Shown piece by piece: positions 25,184 to 36,867 of a stretch of 39,575 bases of DNA. The stretch is from NCBI RefSeq assembly GCF_001194135.2, contig NC_068990.1:8470847-8510421 (forward strand), read 5' to 3'. Positions within the stretch are counted from its first letter, which is position 1, and every line of letters starts with the position of its first letter. Source of the DNA: Octopus bimaculoides (taxonomy: Eukaryota). A program made the position numbers and the translations under genes. Under the pieces are notes generated by a model that was given only the letters and a program-made list of their open reading frames with translations, had not been told where the DNA came from and did not search any database.

Positions 25184-27196
25184 AATTTTACATGCGTCTT
25201 CGTCCGAATAAAGTGTAATGATACGAATGATATTGAACGATTTTGCAACTAAAACATTTCAAGTTTTCCCCCCACAAGACATGCATTAAGTGGACAATTT
25301 CTATGTCTGTTCCGAAATATTTTTTTTCAGCTTATCGTACTTCGATAAGGAAAAATTCCACACCCTTCCACCCCAATAAACCACTATTGTTCCTGAAAAT
25401 TGTTTTTTATATTTTCTACGGATTGCTAGAAACTTCTTCCCACATTTCGAACCTTGTAGTTGAGTGTTCCAACATTAATAAGCTCAAATTTTGCTAGCGT
25501 AATATGATTGCTTTTTCCTCTTGTTAAGTTGTTATAATATATAACAAGTTCTTATATTTATTCATTTACCTTAGCTTACATTATTACTCTCTGTGGCCAA
25601 GAAGATTCAATGTCTGCTTCAATCCGAACACGCAGACCAAGCGAGCATCTACTCAGTACAGGCCTCATCAATAATAAGTGTCACAAATGAACAAATAGAA
25701 AAGGTACTGAGTAGTTCTCTTATAAACAAATACAATTAAAACAAGAATTTTCCATTAGCGGCTTCTACATATTCTCGCTATTTCTATGCTGTCATCTATC
25801 GCTAGTGAGCATGTCAACCTGTATCATTATTCAGCCATCACCTTCCATTTATGCCTTTGAAGGAATCTTTTGAAGTACATAGTCATGAAATGTCTTTAAA
25901 ATATTCATCTATGGCGTTACTAGGTTTGGCATGTTATTAACAAAGCCCTATCCAGTAAATATCATTGACTATACAAGGACCGAAGAATGCTGCGGGTTCT
26001 CAGTAGAGATCGTCCTAAATATTGCCATGGTATTCTTTCATTGTTACCGGCAACCTATGCAGCAGGACTAGGCAAGGCAGGAACATTCAACTCCTCAAGT
26101 TGTAACGTATCTACATAGCAAAATTTACTAAATTTACACGAACCTCTATTCTGTACAGGCGCTATACGAAATCTATTAACATACAACAACGATGAGTAAC
26201 AACTGATATAGAAGACTCCTGTTAGGTTTCGAATGGAATTCGACAAGATTGCATTGAATTGGATTAAGGTTTCTATTTTAAATCTTTAAACCATATAATT
26301 TCAATCATTTAGTTTGGAGATTTGTTGTATCTGAATCCAATGACTACAGGTGTTATGTTTAGCCAGTAATTAAATATAAATTGTTATACATTCTAACGAA
26401 TGAAAATAAATTGTTGTAGCCCTTCAGACTGAGTCTTTAACCAACATCTTGATTAGCGTATTCCGAATCTCATAATTGATTCACTTAGCAAATTATATAC
26501 GCCTTTCTAAGTTCCATTGTATCACACATACGACATAGTGTTGCTTATATTTTAAATACCAGCCGATCATAAATTGATCTATTCTTAATTGTTGAAAGAG
26601 ATATTTGAAAGAAGAGAGGCATCATATTTAGTCCACATCCTTGGATTCATTTCATTTGGTTATATATACGATTTTGAAATACCTAGAAAGAAAAGGTATA
26701 GCAATATTTTATTTTTTATTCAATCAAAAATATTTAAAAGGGTTGTTCTTACTTTTGCAATAATCATTTCTTGACATGGAAAACTTATTAATTTGAAACT
26801 CACATCGTTGTTAATTTTTATGATATTTTTAAACATTAAAAATACATAAATGAATGCTTGCATACAAATAATAAATCTTTGTTGGTATGCAATTAGCGGA
26901 AAGGAAAGAAATGCTCCATTATGATATATATATATATATATTATGGTGTTCTATCGCAGGAGAGAGAGTGCTAGTCATAACACCGAGAGGATCCGCTATT
27001 TAATTTAGATGGAAATAATCACAATGTACATCGTTGGAATAAATAAATAACTATTTTACATATGCCCTTCGTAGTGGTGTTCACCTGGTTGCCGCACACT
27101 ATCATACACACATGCACACACGCACATATACACACACAAACACGCATAAAAACACACACATATACACACTCACACACGCACACATATATTCTTTAT

Positions 27197-27240
27197 ATGA
27201 CCGCAGCCACTTGGCTGAAACACATAAATAAATAAATAAA
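27197..27240 (+). mobile_element. SINE family B 3'-tail remnant
   Basis: ATGACCGCAGCCACTTGGCTGAAACA plus (TAAA)n resembles ATGGCCACAGTCTAATAACTGAAGCA at 21545-21571. Confidence 0.45.
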
Positions 27241-27275
27241 TACTTACATACATACGCACACACATGTATATATAC

Positions 27276-27308
<33 letters not shown>

Positions 27309-28302
27309 NNNNNNNNNNNNNNNNNNNNNNNNNNNNNNNNNNNNNNNNNNNNNNNNNNNNNNNNNNNNNNNNNNNNNNNNNNNNNNNNNNNNNNNNNNNN
27401 NNNNNNNNNNNNNNNNNNNNNNNNNNNNNNNNNNNNNNNNNNNNNNNNNNNNNNNNNNNNNNNNNNNNNNNNNNNNNNNNNNNNNNNNNNNNNNNNNNNN
27501 NNNNNNNNNNNNNNNNNNNNNNNNNNNNNNNNNNNNNNNNNNNNNNNNNNNNNNNNNNNNNNNNNNNNNNNNNNNNNNNNNNNNNNNNNNNNNNNNNNNN
27601 NNNNNNNNNNNNNNNNNNNNNNNNTATATATAGTTAAAACATTAATGAGTGCGTGCGTTACATACATAATATTTAATCCTGAAAAATATATATTCCTTAG
27701 TTTCGATCATTCTCGAACCATTTCGTATAGAGTGCCTCTCCTCCTCTAACCTTTCTATCCCTTCCTCTCTTCTTTTCTTTCATTCAACTCACTTTAGTTA
27801 TTCTCTTTCTCTTTCCTCTCTATCTCCCATTTGCTTTATACTGATTCTTATTGCCTTCCTTCCACCACCACCACCCCTACTGATACCATTCCTTTCCTTA
27901 TCTGCTTTATTATAGCCAGAAATAAATCGGACCAAAGTAGCATTAACTTTTCAGGCCGTTCCATTTTTCTCAACCTATCAATGGACCGATTGAGTAAACT
28001 TGTCAATAACAAATCTATATTGACTACTGGAGACAGATGTAAGTTAAATTTACTGCAATAAGCAAAAATATATAATAACCATTGTTTATACCTTTTCTTG
28101 TATATCACTGTGAGTAAAAACCAATATAAATGGAGCACAATCATGGATTTAAAATACACAATTGTGATAATTTAAACCTCAGCCAATGTCAGAAGAATAC
28201 GTGGAGTTCTTTACTTATCTAAACAATGTTGCAAGCCTGGTGTACTAAAAGACAACTCATAGTGTTTTGCTCGGATTGATAATCCCGCACTATCATTCCG
28301 TT

Positions 28303-28333
<31 letters not shown>

Positions 28334-28396
28334 NNNNNNNNNNNNNNNNNNNNNNNNNNNNNNNNNNNNNNNNNNNNNNCACGTGGAGAAATAATA

Positions 28397-28569
28397 GGAA
28401 AATGAAAAAAAAAACATTTTCATTTGTAAAAAAAACATTTTCATTTGTAAAAAAACATTTTCATTCTCCTTCTTCTTGATAATTTGCTTCATCGCAATGA
28501 AAACCGGTTAGAAAAAATCTTTATTAAATTATGCTCCCAGTTCAGCATTCTGGCTTTTTTTCATTTTCC
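28397..28569. mobile_element. Putative Tc1/mariner-type MITE
   Basis: 15-bp TIR GGAAAATGAAAAAAA / TTTTTTTCATTTTCC, TA on both sides, non-coding interior with three copies of A(7-10)CATTTTCATT(TGT). Confidence 0.5.
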
Positions 28570-28600
<31 letters not shown>

Positions 28601-28611
28601 ATGTATCAAGT

Positions 28612-28788
28612 CACATGTGAATCGTTGGCGATTTCCTTCCTTCGTCTTCCCTTCTGTTGGACTTTCCTCTGTTTCCGATGAAGGTCGAGTGCTCGAAATG
28701 TTAAACCGTCTTTCTTTCCTTCCCTGAACGTCTGCTAATACATTACACGTACCAGGTCCTCGCATTGTTGTTTTTTGGGATTTACTAT

Positions 28789-28790
<2 letters not shown>
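28612..28790 (+). mobile_element. Penelope-like terminal-repeat remnant
   Basis: Pyrimidine-rich segment between (TA)n and (CA)n arrays carrying a minimal hammerhead-type motif at 28671-28706. Family assignment rests on pattern recognition only. Confidence 0.45.
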
Positions 28791-28852
<62 letters not shown>

Positions 28853-29390
28853 GTACATATGTGTGCATGTGAATATGTGTCTGTGTGTGTGTATATGTGT
28901 TTGTATGTGTGTATCTACAAATGGGTAGCAAGAGAAATATCGAAAAAACATTTAAAGATACAGACAAATGAAGAGAACATAGGGTTATCGATGTATACAA
29001 ATATTGAAATATATACTTATACACTGAGATATATCATTCCTGTATGTTGTCCGTATGGGTGTTTGCGGTAGTTGATATGCACGAGAATGCCTGTCTACAT
29101 AAGCGTACAAATATGTGTCTCCTTAATCACGTATGTAACATATCAATATATTTCTTTCCCTCTTCCTTTTGATATGTGGTTATAAGCGTGGACGTGTGTT
29201 AGTGTATGTGTATGTATGTGTTTACGCGTGCGTTTGTGTGTATGTGTGAAGAAGTATATATAAGTGTGGACAGAAGAACATAAATTATTTGACAAGCAAT
29301 CATGCACCATTGTTTTTCTATGTATTTCCTGCCGTTGTTCATGTTGCTGCTGATAGTGCTGCTGTTGTTGATGTTTTTGCTATGGCTGCT

Positions 29391-29434
29391 CTTCTTCTTC
29401 TTCTTCTTCTTCTTCTTCTTCTTCTTCTTCTTCT

Positions 29435-29481
<47 letters not shown>

Positions 29482-29528
29482 TTCTTCTTCTTCTTCTTCT
29501 TCTTCTTCTTCTTCTTCTTCTTCTTCTT
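29391..29528. repeat. (CTT)n microsatellite
   Basis: Direct reading; one CCT interruption. Confidence 0.98.
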
Positions 29529-30084
29529 GTATCTATATACAGAGAGAGAGGGGGGGGGGTTAAAAACCTCATATATCGAGTAACATACACATTAAACTTC
29601 TAAACAATTATATAGTTTTGAAGAGTGAGTCAAGGAAACAGAGAAGGAGAGACAGAGAGTGGCAAGTGAAGCGGATAGTAGAGAAAGAGAGACAGAGACA
29701 GAGACAGAGACAGAGTAAGAGAAGTAGAAATAGGGTGAAGCATATAATTGTCTGTGTGTGTAGGAGTAAGGCTGCAAGTGAGGCAATTATTGCATACTGG
29801 CGAAACCTTATGTAAAAGCTTAAACATACCGGAATTCCAAGACAAGGGATGATCACAGTTTATATGTACGAGCTGAAATGCTTCCGTGGCAATCGTCGAA
29901 CATCAGTCAATGACAAATATTTGTGAATCTTTTCAGCAATTTTCCTGCTGCACATGTTATTCTATATATACGAGTATACTATTCTGTATTTCTCATTTTC
30001 TGCTTTTCTTCTACCCTCTTCATCTCCCTCTTCCCCCCTCTCTCCCCACACATACGTACATAAATACAGTTGTTCCTATGAGGG

Positions 30085-30230
30085 AGGTCCCTTATAGCTC
30101 AGAGTGCTGAATAATTTTCTCCTCCCAGACGTTGCAAACAGTCCTAACAGCACTTCTCCACTTGTTCCGATCCAGGACATCAATTTCCCAATCACTTTCA
30201 ACTTCCAACAGTCCCTGAACTTCATCATTT
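30085..30230 (-). mobile_element. Short RTE C-terminal fragment
   Basis: Translates as DWEIDVLDRNKWRSAVRTVCNVWEEKIIQHSEL, matching the W...DR..WR..V region of the RTE at about 3940-3990. Confidence 0.6.
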
Positions 30231-30373
30231 ATATAATTTCATTATAATTTCGTACAAGTTTAAGTCACTTTCCGGTTGAAAACATCCATTTTGTAAAATC
30301 TTCATATGGAATGCCTACGCTCTATCAATATTTCCCAAAGTTACAGCCCTTGTGCCTGAATCAGGAATTGTTC

Positions 30374-30950
30374 TTTTTTTTTTTTTAATCGGGTTTTTAG
30401 GGAACTAAAATCTTGCATTTATAACGGGTTTACTACCTGCAGCTTACGTACTATGGTCTCTGTTCTTTTCAAATGCCTAATTATCTCCTGATTATTCTGG
30501 CCGTGCCAAGGAGACAACACTTTTGTATCTGCTGTTCTAGCACTCTATTCTGAATTCCTTGATATTCCACTTACTGCCCTCTGATACTGTCAATACTATC
30601 CCCAAAGACCCAACAATAATTGGCACCATCGTTACCTTCTTTGTTTTCCATAGCCGCGCTATTTCGTACGTAAGAGTATTGTACGTCTAAATTTTCGCCT
30701 TCCCTTTTGACTGTTCGGGAGTCAAAGAGGAATACAACATCAATTATATATTACATGTGGTTAACCATGCCCTCTACCACTAGGTTTAGCTTGTTATGCT
30801 CTAGCAGCTAATCCGTTTGATTTGAAAATCTCATAGGATTTTGCATGTCTCCGCCTCCGCTACACAGTTCGGTTGCTCCTCCACACTCTTTGTCTGTCTG
30901 TCTCTAAACCCCACTTTTCGCATAGTTTCCAATGTTCGCCTCTTCTGTTT
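30374..30950 (-). mobile_element. Second R4/Dong-like element, RLE domain and 3' end
   Basis: HWKLCEKWGL; ETCKIL*DFQI; LEHNKLNLVV..YIIDV..FDSR..KREGE; YEIARLWKTKKVTMVPIIVGSLG; QKCCLLGTARIIRR. Ends in a poly(A) tail (T-run 30374-30386). Confidence 0.85.
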
Positions 30951-31398
30951 CCGTTATTTAGCTCCACGCATCATTTGGTCAAAGAATACTATTACCGAGG
31001 GCATCCAACCGTTATCATTTCCATATTTCTGTACTTTATGCATACCTTTCCGTTCCTTATTGAACTGTATGGATTAGTCAATGAAGTCAGTCTCTATCAT
31101 TATTTTAATTCAAAGTCCTATATGCTGACGATCTCTCTTGCTGAACTGCTAAATTAGTAGATCAAATATCAACACGAGTTGTTAAGCGTTGAAAGACAAG
31201 CTCGAATGCGAAGAAGCATATACGTATATATGCATACACCACACACACACACACACATACATACACACGTACATACACACTCACCTATATATCTGTAAGC
31301 ATAGGTGTTTGCATGCGTTTGGGTGCATATATATTGTGTGTATATATATATATATATATCTTTCCCCCTCTCTCTCACTCTCTCTCTTTATGTATATT

Positions 31399-31461
31399 TA
31401 TATATCACTCTGTCTGATGTCTATTGATGTACACATATATCCATGTATATGTATGTATAAA

Positions 31462-31524
<63 letters not shown>

Positions 31525-31588
31525 TTTTATACATACATATACATGGATATATGTGTACATCAATAAACATCAGACAGAGTGATATATA
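31399..31588. repeat. 190-bp near-perfect palindrome centred on (TA)n
   Basis: Position i pairs with 62987-i; 95-bp arms with three mismatches (31421/31566, 31465/31522, 31473/31514). Confidence 0.95.
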
Positions 31589-31672
31589 TATATATGAATG
31601 TGTGTGTGTGTGTAGATAGAGAAAGAGGGGAAAGAGAGAAATATACATACACACATACACACATACATACAT

Positions 31673-31674
<2 letters not shown>

Positions 31675-31746
<72 letters not shown>

Positions 31747-31766
31747 GGATAGATAGATAGATAGAT
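31675..31766. repeat. (CAGA)n to (TAGA)n compound tetranucleotide repeat
   Basis: Direct reading. Confidence 0.93.
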
Positions 31767-32364
31767 ACTTTTATGAGTGATAATATATTCTATTTCACAT
31801 ACAAAGCTATAAGAGTTGTTTATATGATAAGGTAAGAAACTCATATTCTTCTGCTTACACCAAATAAATATATTTCCATGTTTATTCAATGAATATATTT
31901 ATTACACATATTTTTGTTAATTACTGCCAGTACTTCGTATTTTCAGTAAATTCTTTGTTTTACGTTAATATATAGACATTAGTTTAAACGTAACGAGAGA
32001 TGGCAGCTTATCAAATTATTTTAGTGTGTGGAATCAAACGAAATTAGAAATCAACAAACTTAATTGCGTGTAGTAATATGGTGATTTCTGAAACGTGATC
32101 GATCGTTATAATCGATAATTAAAGAATGAATAATCTGATTGCGTTTATTTTCATTTTCGTTAGGGCTTTCTCATTAGTGACTACTGTATTCCTAACTTTT
32201 TTCTTGACAATTTTTCGCTTATGCATCCATGAACACATGAACACATACACATGCACACATATGCACACACACACATAACCACACGCACAAACGCGCCCAC
32301 ACACACCTACACACACGCACGCACACATACACCATACACATATATATATTTGCTCTTATTTATT

Positions 32365-32598
32365 ACCTGCGGACTTCATCTTTTCTCTGAGATGAAAATG
32401 AAGCTCAAAGGTGACGGTTTTAGCACTGTTGTCCACATCCGGAGCGAATCGTAGAAGGGTCTCGACTCCCTTACGGAAAACGACTTCTATGCCGGATTCC
32501 CAAAGTGGCATCAACGTTAGAACCGATGTATTGATGCTCGAGGTGACTATTCCTCATCGAACATAACTAGTCCGAGAACGTTTTGATACCACCTCGTA
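32365..32598 (+). mobile_element. mariner transposase C-terminal fragment with right TIR
   Basis: CGLHLFSEMKMKLKGDGF..LDSLTENDFYAGFPKW..RCIDARGDY (compare PCDFxLFPKMK..RCI..GDYF). Ends GTTTTGATACCACCTCG-TA, a mariner-type terminus with TA target. Confidence 0.85.
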
Positions 32599-34383
32599 CC
32601 ATTAACTGCAACAAGAATAATAAAGTAGGTCTGTTTCTACTCTTTACTCGGATTTTTAAAATCTATGGAATAGGGGTGATATTTTTTGAAAATATATAGG
32701 TTTAGAAAGAAAATGTGACGTAGAGGGTAGCACCAAAGATATCGATCTCGATACAGTCGAGAATTATGACACAAACGAAAGTATTTTGCAGATCCACAAG
32801 ACTCCACACCACAGTAAGTCGCACACACAAAACAAAAATGCTATCATTATCACCAAGAGAGAAAAGTATATCTATTTTTCTCATTCATGCTGAGAGAATA
32901 GATGTTAATAAAATTATACAAGCCAGAAATATACTTAAACTTATACCAAGTTAAAATATATATAAATTGAATGAAGAGTGTTTTATGATCACACACACAC
33001 ACACACACACACACACATTGGTAATATGTATGTATGGATGAATAGATCGCTGGCTGTCAGTCTGGATGGATGGAGGAATGATTGGATGGACGGACAGGTT
33101 CTACAAGTCTGGATCAGCTATGTGTTAACTAGCATATGTTTATGACAGCCATCTGAGTGCAGAGACGCAGAAACACCTGTGGTTAGTGTCATGGTACGAA
33201 GTAAAACCAGCGTGAGGGAACCAACCCTAGGGAGAAGGACCCTCTGATGTGAACCCTACGGTTTCACGTGATTGCTAATCACCTTCGTTTGACCTGTCAC
33301 TAGGTACGATTCACAGAGTGGTATTGCACAAGCGTTCACCACAATAATCCAATGATGTTCAAATGTCCCTTTATTGTCCTATTTTTTAACATCCCATCTA
33401 CTGAATGTCCTTTGGTGATATAAGAGTGGCATCATGTGAGACCTATAGATTTGGAAGCGCAGAGTAAGTTACAACATAAGCTTCAAACGATGCAGATCTG
33501 CAACGGGATCATTTGAGAGGTCGTAGATCGAAAGTCGAATGTCAGAATTTCCATTCATAATGAGGATACACAAGGACGCTGCATGTAAATGCAAGTGAGT
33601 GCGGTGTTAATACGGAGACATCTGTGTCAATTGTTCTCATATGACTTTTACTTGCATAAAGAAAAAAAATTATTATCTGAATGTTGTATCATTAATGTTT
33701 TTTTTTCAAATAACAGAACAATTAACCATCTGCATTCCCACATAACAATAGGTCAAGCTTCGATTGTATCTGCTTGAACAGAAACAAGTATATACATTTT
33801 AAACAGTTCAATAGAATTTCTCCACAAAATATTTGAAGTGTGCAGGGAAAGCTATAATTTTTTAGATAGCAAAAATCAGCAGTTTCTATACTGTAGAGAC
33901 CTAAAGTTCTTATCTTATTCATACAGAATATATACCTCTTTCACTTCCTTTACTTATTGATTTATTACTTTGAAAATAAAACAAAAAAAGAATGGACGAC
34001 TCTTTATGTATGAGGGTATTATGCCAAAAATTATAATTATAATTATTGATGCGCGTGAATTTTTCAAATAATTTCATCTTAGAATTACTAGATATATCCA
34101 AAATGATTGAAATTTGAAAATTCAGAAAAAAATTTTGTACTCTTTCCAGGCTGCTGCGAAATATAAAATAAAATGAGTTAAAACGTAGGAAATGCTTTAC
34201 CAGTAAAACACATATAAAATGCTTCTGTTTTAGTCTTTAATCTAAAAGCAAGTCTTCTAATTAATAAAACATTCCACGCGATAATGGGAACTCTGAATCA
34301 CAGAGTTCACTAAGAGAGTTCTACATTAAATAATCCTTTACGATATAGTAGCAAGGCCAGAAAAAAACTGTAATGCGGAGAGT

Positions 34384-34591
34384 GCGGGTGAGCTGGCAGA
34401 ATCGTTAGCACGCCGGGAGAAATGCTATGCGATATTTCGTTACGTTTTGAGTTCAAATTCCGCCGAGGTCGATTTTGCCTTTTATCCTTTCGGGGGTCGA
34501 TAAATTAAGTACCAGTTGCGTACTAGGGTTGATCTAATCAATTGGCCCCTCCCCCGAAATTTCGGCACTTGTGCCTAGAGTAGGAAAGAAT
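34384..34591 (+). mobile_element. SINE family A, full length
   Basis: A-box-like TGGCAGAATCG at 34394-34404, B-box GAGTTCAAATTCC at 34449-34461, core GGGGTCGATAAATTAAGTACCAG, tail GTGCCTAGAGTAGGAAAGAAT. Confidence 0.9.
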
Positions 34592-34635
34592 ACTGTGAGG
34601 CGAGGGAATTAGTCACCGAATAGGTGATTAACAGC

Positions 34636-34732
34636 GTCGAGCTTGAGGGAATTTGAACTCAGAACTTAGATAGCCAGAACAAATGCTGCTAACTTTTCGT
34701 CCCACTGCCTAAAGATTCTGCTAGCTTGCCAT
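34636..34732 (-). mobile_element. SINE family A, head half
   Basis: GAATTTGAACTCAGAAC...GATTCTGCTAGCTTGCC is the reverse complement of the head. Confidence 0.75.
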
Positions 34733-34755
34733 CTTATTCTACACCTTTAATGACA

Positions 34756-34959
34756 ATTTCTACTTTAGGCACAAGGCCTGAAATATAGGTAGAAGGAGAA
34801 GTCGATTATATCGATTTAAGTGCTCAGCTGGAGCTCATTTTATCGTCCCGAATTAATAAAAGACAATGTCGACCGCGGTGGAAATGGAGCCGAGAACGTA
34901 AAACAGAAAGGCGCTAAGCGTTTTGTCCAACCTACTAAAGATTCTGTCAGCTCGCAACC
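34756..34959 (-). mobile_element. SINE family A, diverged full length
   Basis: TTTCTACTTTAGGCACAAGGCCTGAAA...GTCGACCGCGGTGGAA...GATTCTGTCAGCTCGC. Confidence 0.8.
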
Positions 34960-34980
34960 TTACGTTATCCATTTAATTAT

Positions 34981-35190
34981 CTTTTCTATCATAAACACAA
35001 GGCTTAAAACTGGGGAGGGAATCGGGGTATTTGATTACATCAGCTCCAGTGCACGGCTGGTATTAAATTCATCGATATTCAAAGGATGGAAATTAAAGTC
35101 GAGCACGGTGGAATTTGAAATCAGAACGTAAAACGAGCGAAATTCCCCCAAGGATTTTGTCCGGCGTGCTAACGATTCTGCCTACTTACC
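34981..35190 (-). mobile_element. SINE family A, diverged full length
   Basis: CACAAGGCTTAAAA...AAAGTCGAGCACGGTGGAATTTGAA...CCGGCGTGCTAACGATTCTGCC. Confidence 0.8.
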
Positions 35191-35216
35191 ATATTACATT
35201 ATACGTTTAATAAGGG

Positions 35217-35310
35217 TTTCAAATCTTGGTACAAGACCAGCAATTTTATGGGACGAGTGTAGTCGATTACATCGATCTATTATTCAACTGGTACTTCTTT
35301 ATTGATCCCA
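35217..35310 (-). mobile_element. SINE family A, 3'-half remnant
   Basis: GGTACAAGACC...AGTCGATTACATCGATC...CAACTGGTACTT...ATTGATCCC. Confidence 0.65.
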
Positions 35311-35940
35311 ATTTTTTTCTGGCTTGCTACCGACTCTGCCTGTTTATTGCCTTACTTTATGCATTTAATAGTAAAATTTTCTTATATTTATTGCATAGAA
35401 TTTAATATTTTGTATATTAAGATTAGTCGATGAAGTATATCAAATGAATTCTTTAAAAGTGAGAGAAGTTTTTTCTTAATAGGAGTTGATATAATTGTCC
35501 AATACAAAATTATACGTATATTTTTTAAAGAAAGATATTAGTGTTTATTGAGTCTTAACAGTCAATAAATTCGATTGGAGTAGATTTAATGAATCATTGC
35601 TCTCGGCTCTGTATTTTCCTATTTTCTTCCATCATCCGAAAAATATGCTACAGTAACAGGTTTAAGTTAATTAAATTTGTTATAATATTTCTATCCCTCA
35701 TGTGCCATAAATAAAAACATTCATAATTTTTATCGATTTTATTTTTTGTGTCTTATCCTTAAGAAATGATACTTGTTTATTAAAGAAAAACTTGTAATAT
35801 CCGCTTCAACATTATAGCTATGGCTATTATTAGTTATAAGATTTTAGTAATTGGAACCATTACACGTAACGTAATATGTCATGTTATGACCATTTAAACT
35901 TTGATTCATTCAGGGATTTTTGCGTCGAATAGTTATTAGT

Positions 35941-35978
35941 GTAAATATCTTTCATATATATATATGAAAGATATTTAC
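35941..35978. repeat. 38-bp perfect palindrome with TA core
   Basis: GTAAATATCTTTCATATAT|ATATATGAAAGATATTTAC. Confidence 0.95.
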
Positions 35979-35983
35979 GCACA

Positions 35984-36014
<31 letters not shown>

Positions 36015-36836
36015 NNNNNNNNNNNNNNNNNNNNNNNNNNNNNNNNNNNNNNNNNNNNNNNNNNNNNNNNNNNNNNNNNNNNNNNNNNNNNNNNNNNNNN
36101 NNNNNNNNNNNNNNNNNNNNNNNNNNNNNNNNNNNNNNNNNNNNNNNNNNNNNNNNNNNNNNNNNNNNNNNNNNNNNNNNNNNNNNNNNNNNNNNNNNNN
36201 NNNNNNNNNNNNNNNNNNNNNNNNNNNNNNNNNNNNNNNNNNNNNNNNNNNNNNNNNNNNNNNNNNNNNNNNNNNNNNNNNNNNNNNNNNNNNNNNNNNN
36301 NNNNNNNNNNNNNNNNNNNNNNNNNNNNNNNNNNNNNNNNNNNNNNNNNNNNNNNNNNNNNNNNNNNNNNNNNNNNNNNNNNNNNNNNNNNNNNNNNNNN
36401 NNNNNNNNNNNNNNNNNNNNNNNNNNNNNNNNNNNNNNNNNNNNNNNNNNNNNNNNNNNNNNNNNNNNNNNNNNNNNNNNNNNNNNNNNNNNNNNNNNNN
36501 NNNNNNNNNNNNNNNNNNNNNNNNNNNNNNNNNNNNNNNNNNNNNNNNNNNNNNNNNNNNNNNNNNNNNNNNNNNNNNNNNNNNNNNNNNNNNNNNNNNN
36601 NNNNNNNNNNNNNNNNNNNNNNNNNNNNNNNNNNNNNNNNNNNNNNNNNNNNNNNNNNNNNNNNNNNNNNNNNNNNNNNNNNNNNNNNNNNNNNNNNNNN
36701 NNNNNNNNNNNNNNNNNNNNNNNNNNNNNNNNNNNNNNNNNNNNNNNNNNNNNNNNNNNNNNNNNNNNNNNNNNNNNNNNNNNNNNNNNNNNNNNNNNNN
36801 NNNNNNNNNNNNNNNNNNNNNNNNNNNNNNNNNNNN

Positions 36837-36867
<31 letters not shown>

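Noticed and set aside
25649-25714. 11-bp inverted repeat CTACTCAGTAC/GTACTGAGTAG as a pre-miRNA or MITE
   Set aside because: The 44-nt interior does not pair, there is no TSD, and it is expected by chance at this window size.
33140-33262. GGGAACCAACCCTAGGGAGAAGGACCCTCTGA resembling an RTE 5' UTR motif
   Set aside because: Recall-based similarity over about 30 bp with no adjoining coding remnant.
34384-34465. SINE heads (also 21225-21295) as genuine tRNA genes
   Set aside because: A and B boxes are present, but there is no complete cloverleaf and they continue into repeated SINE bodies.
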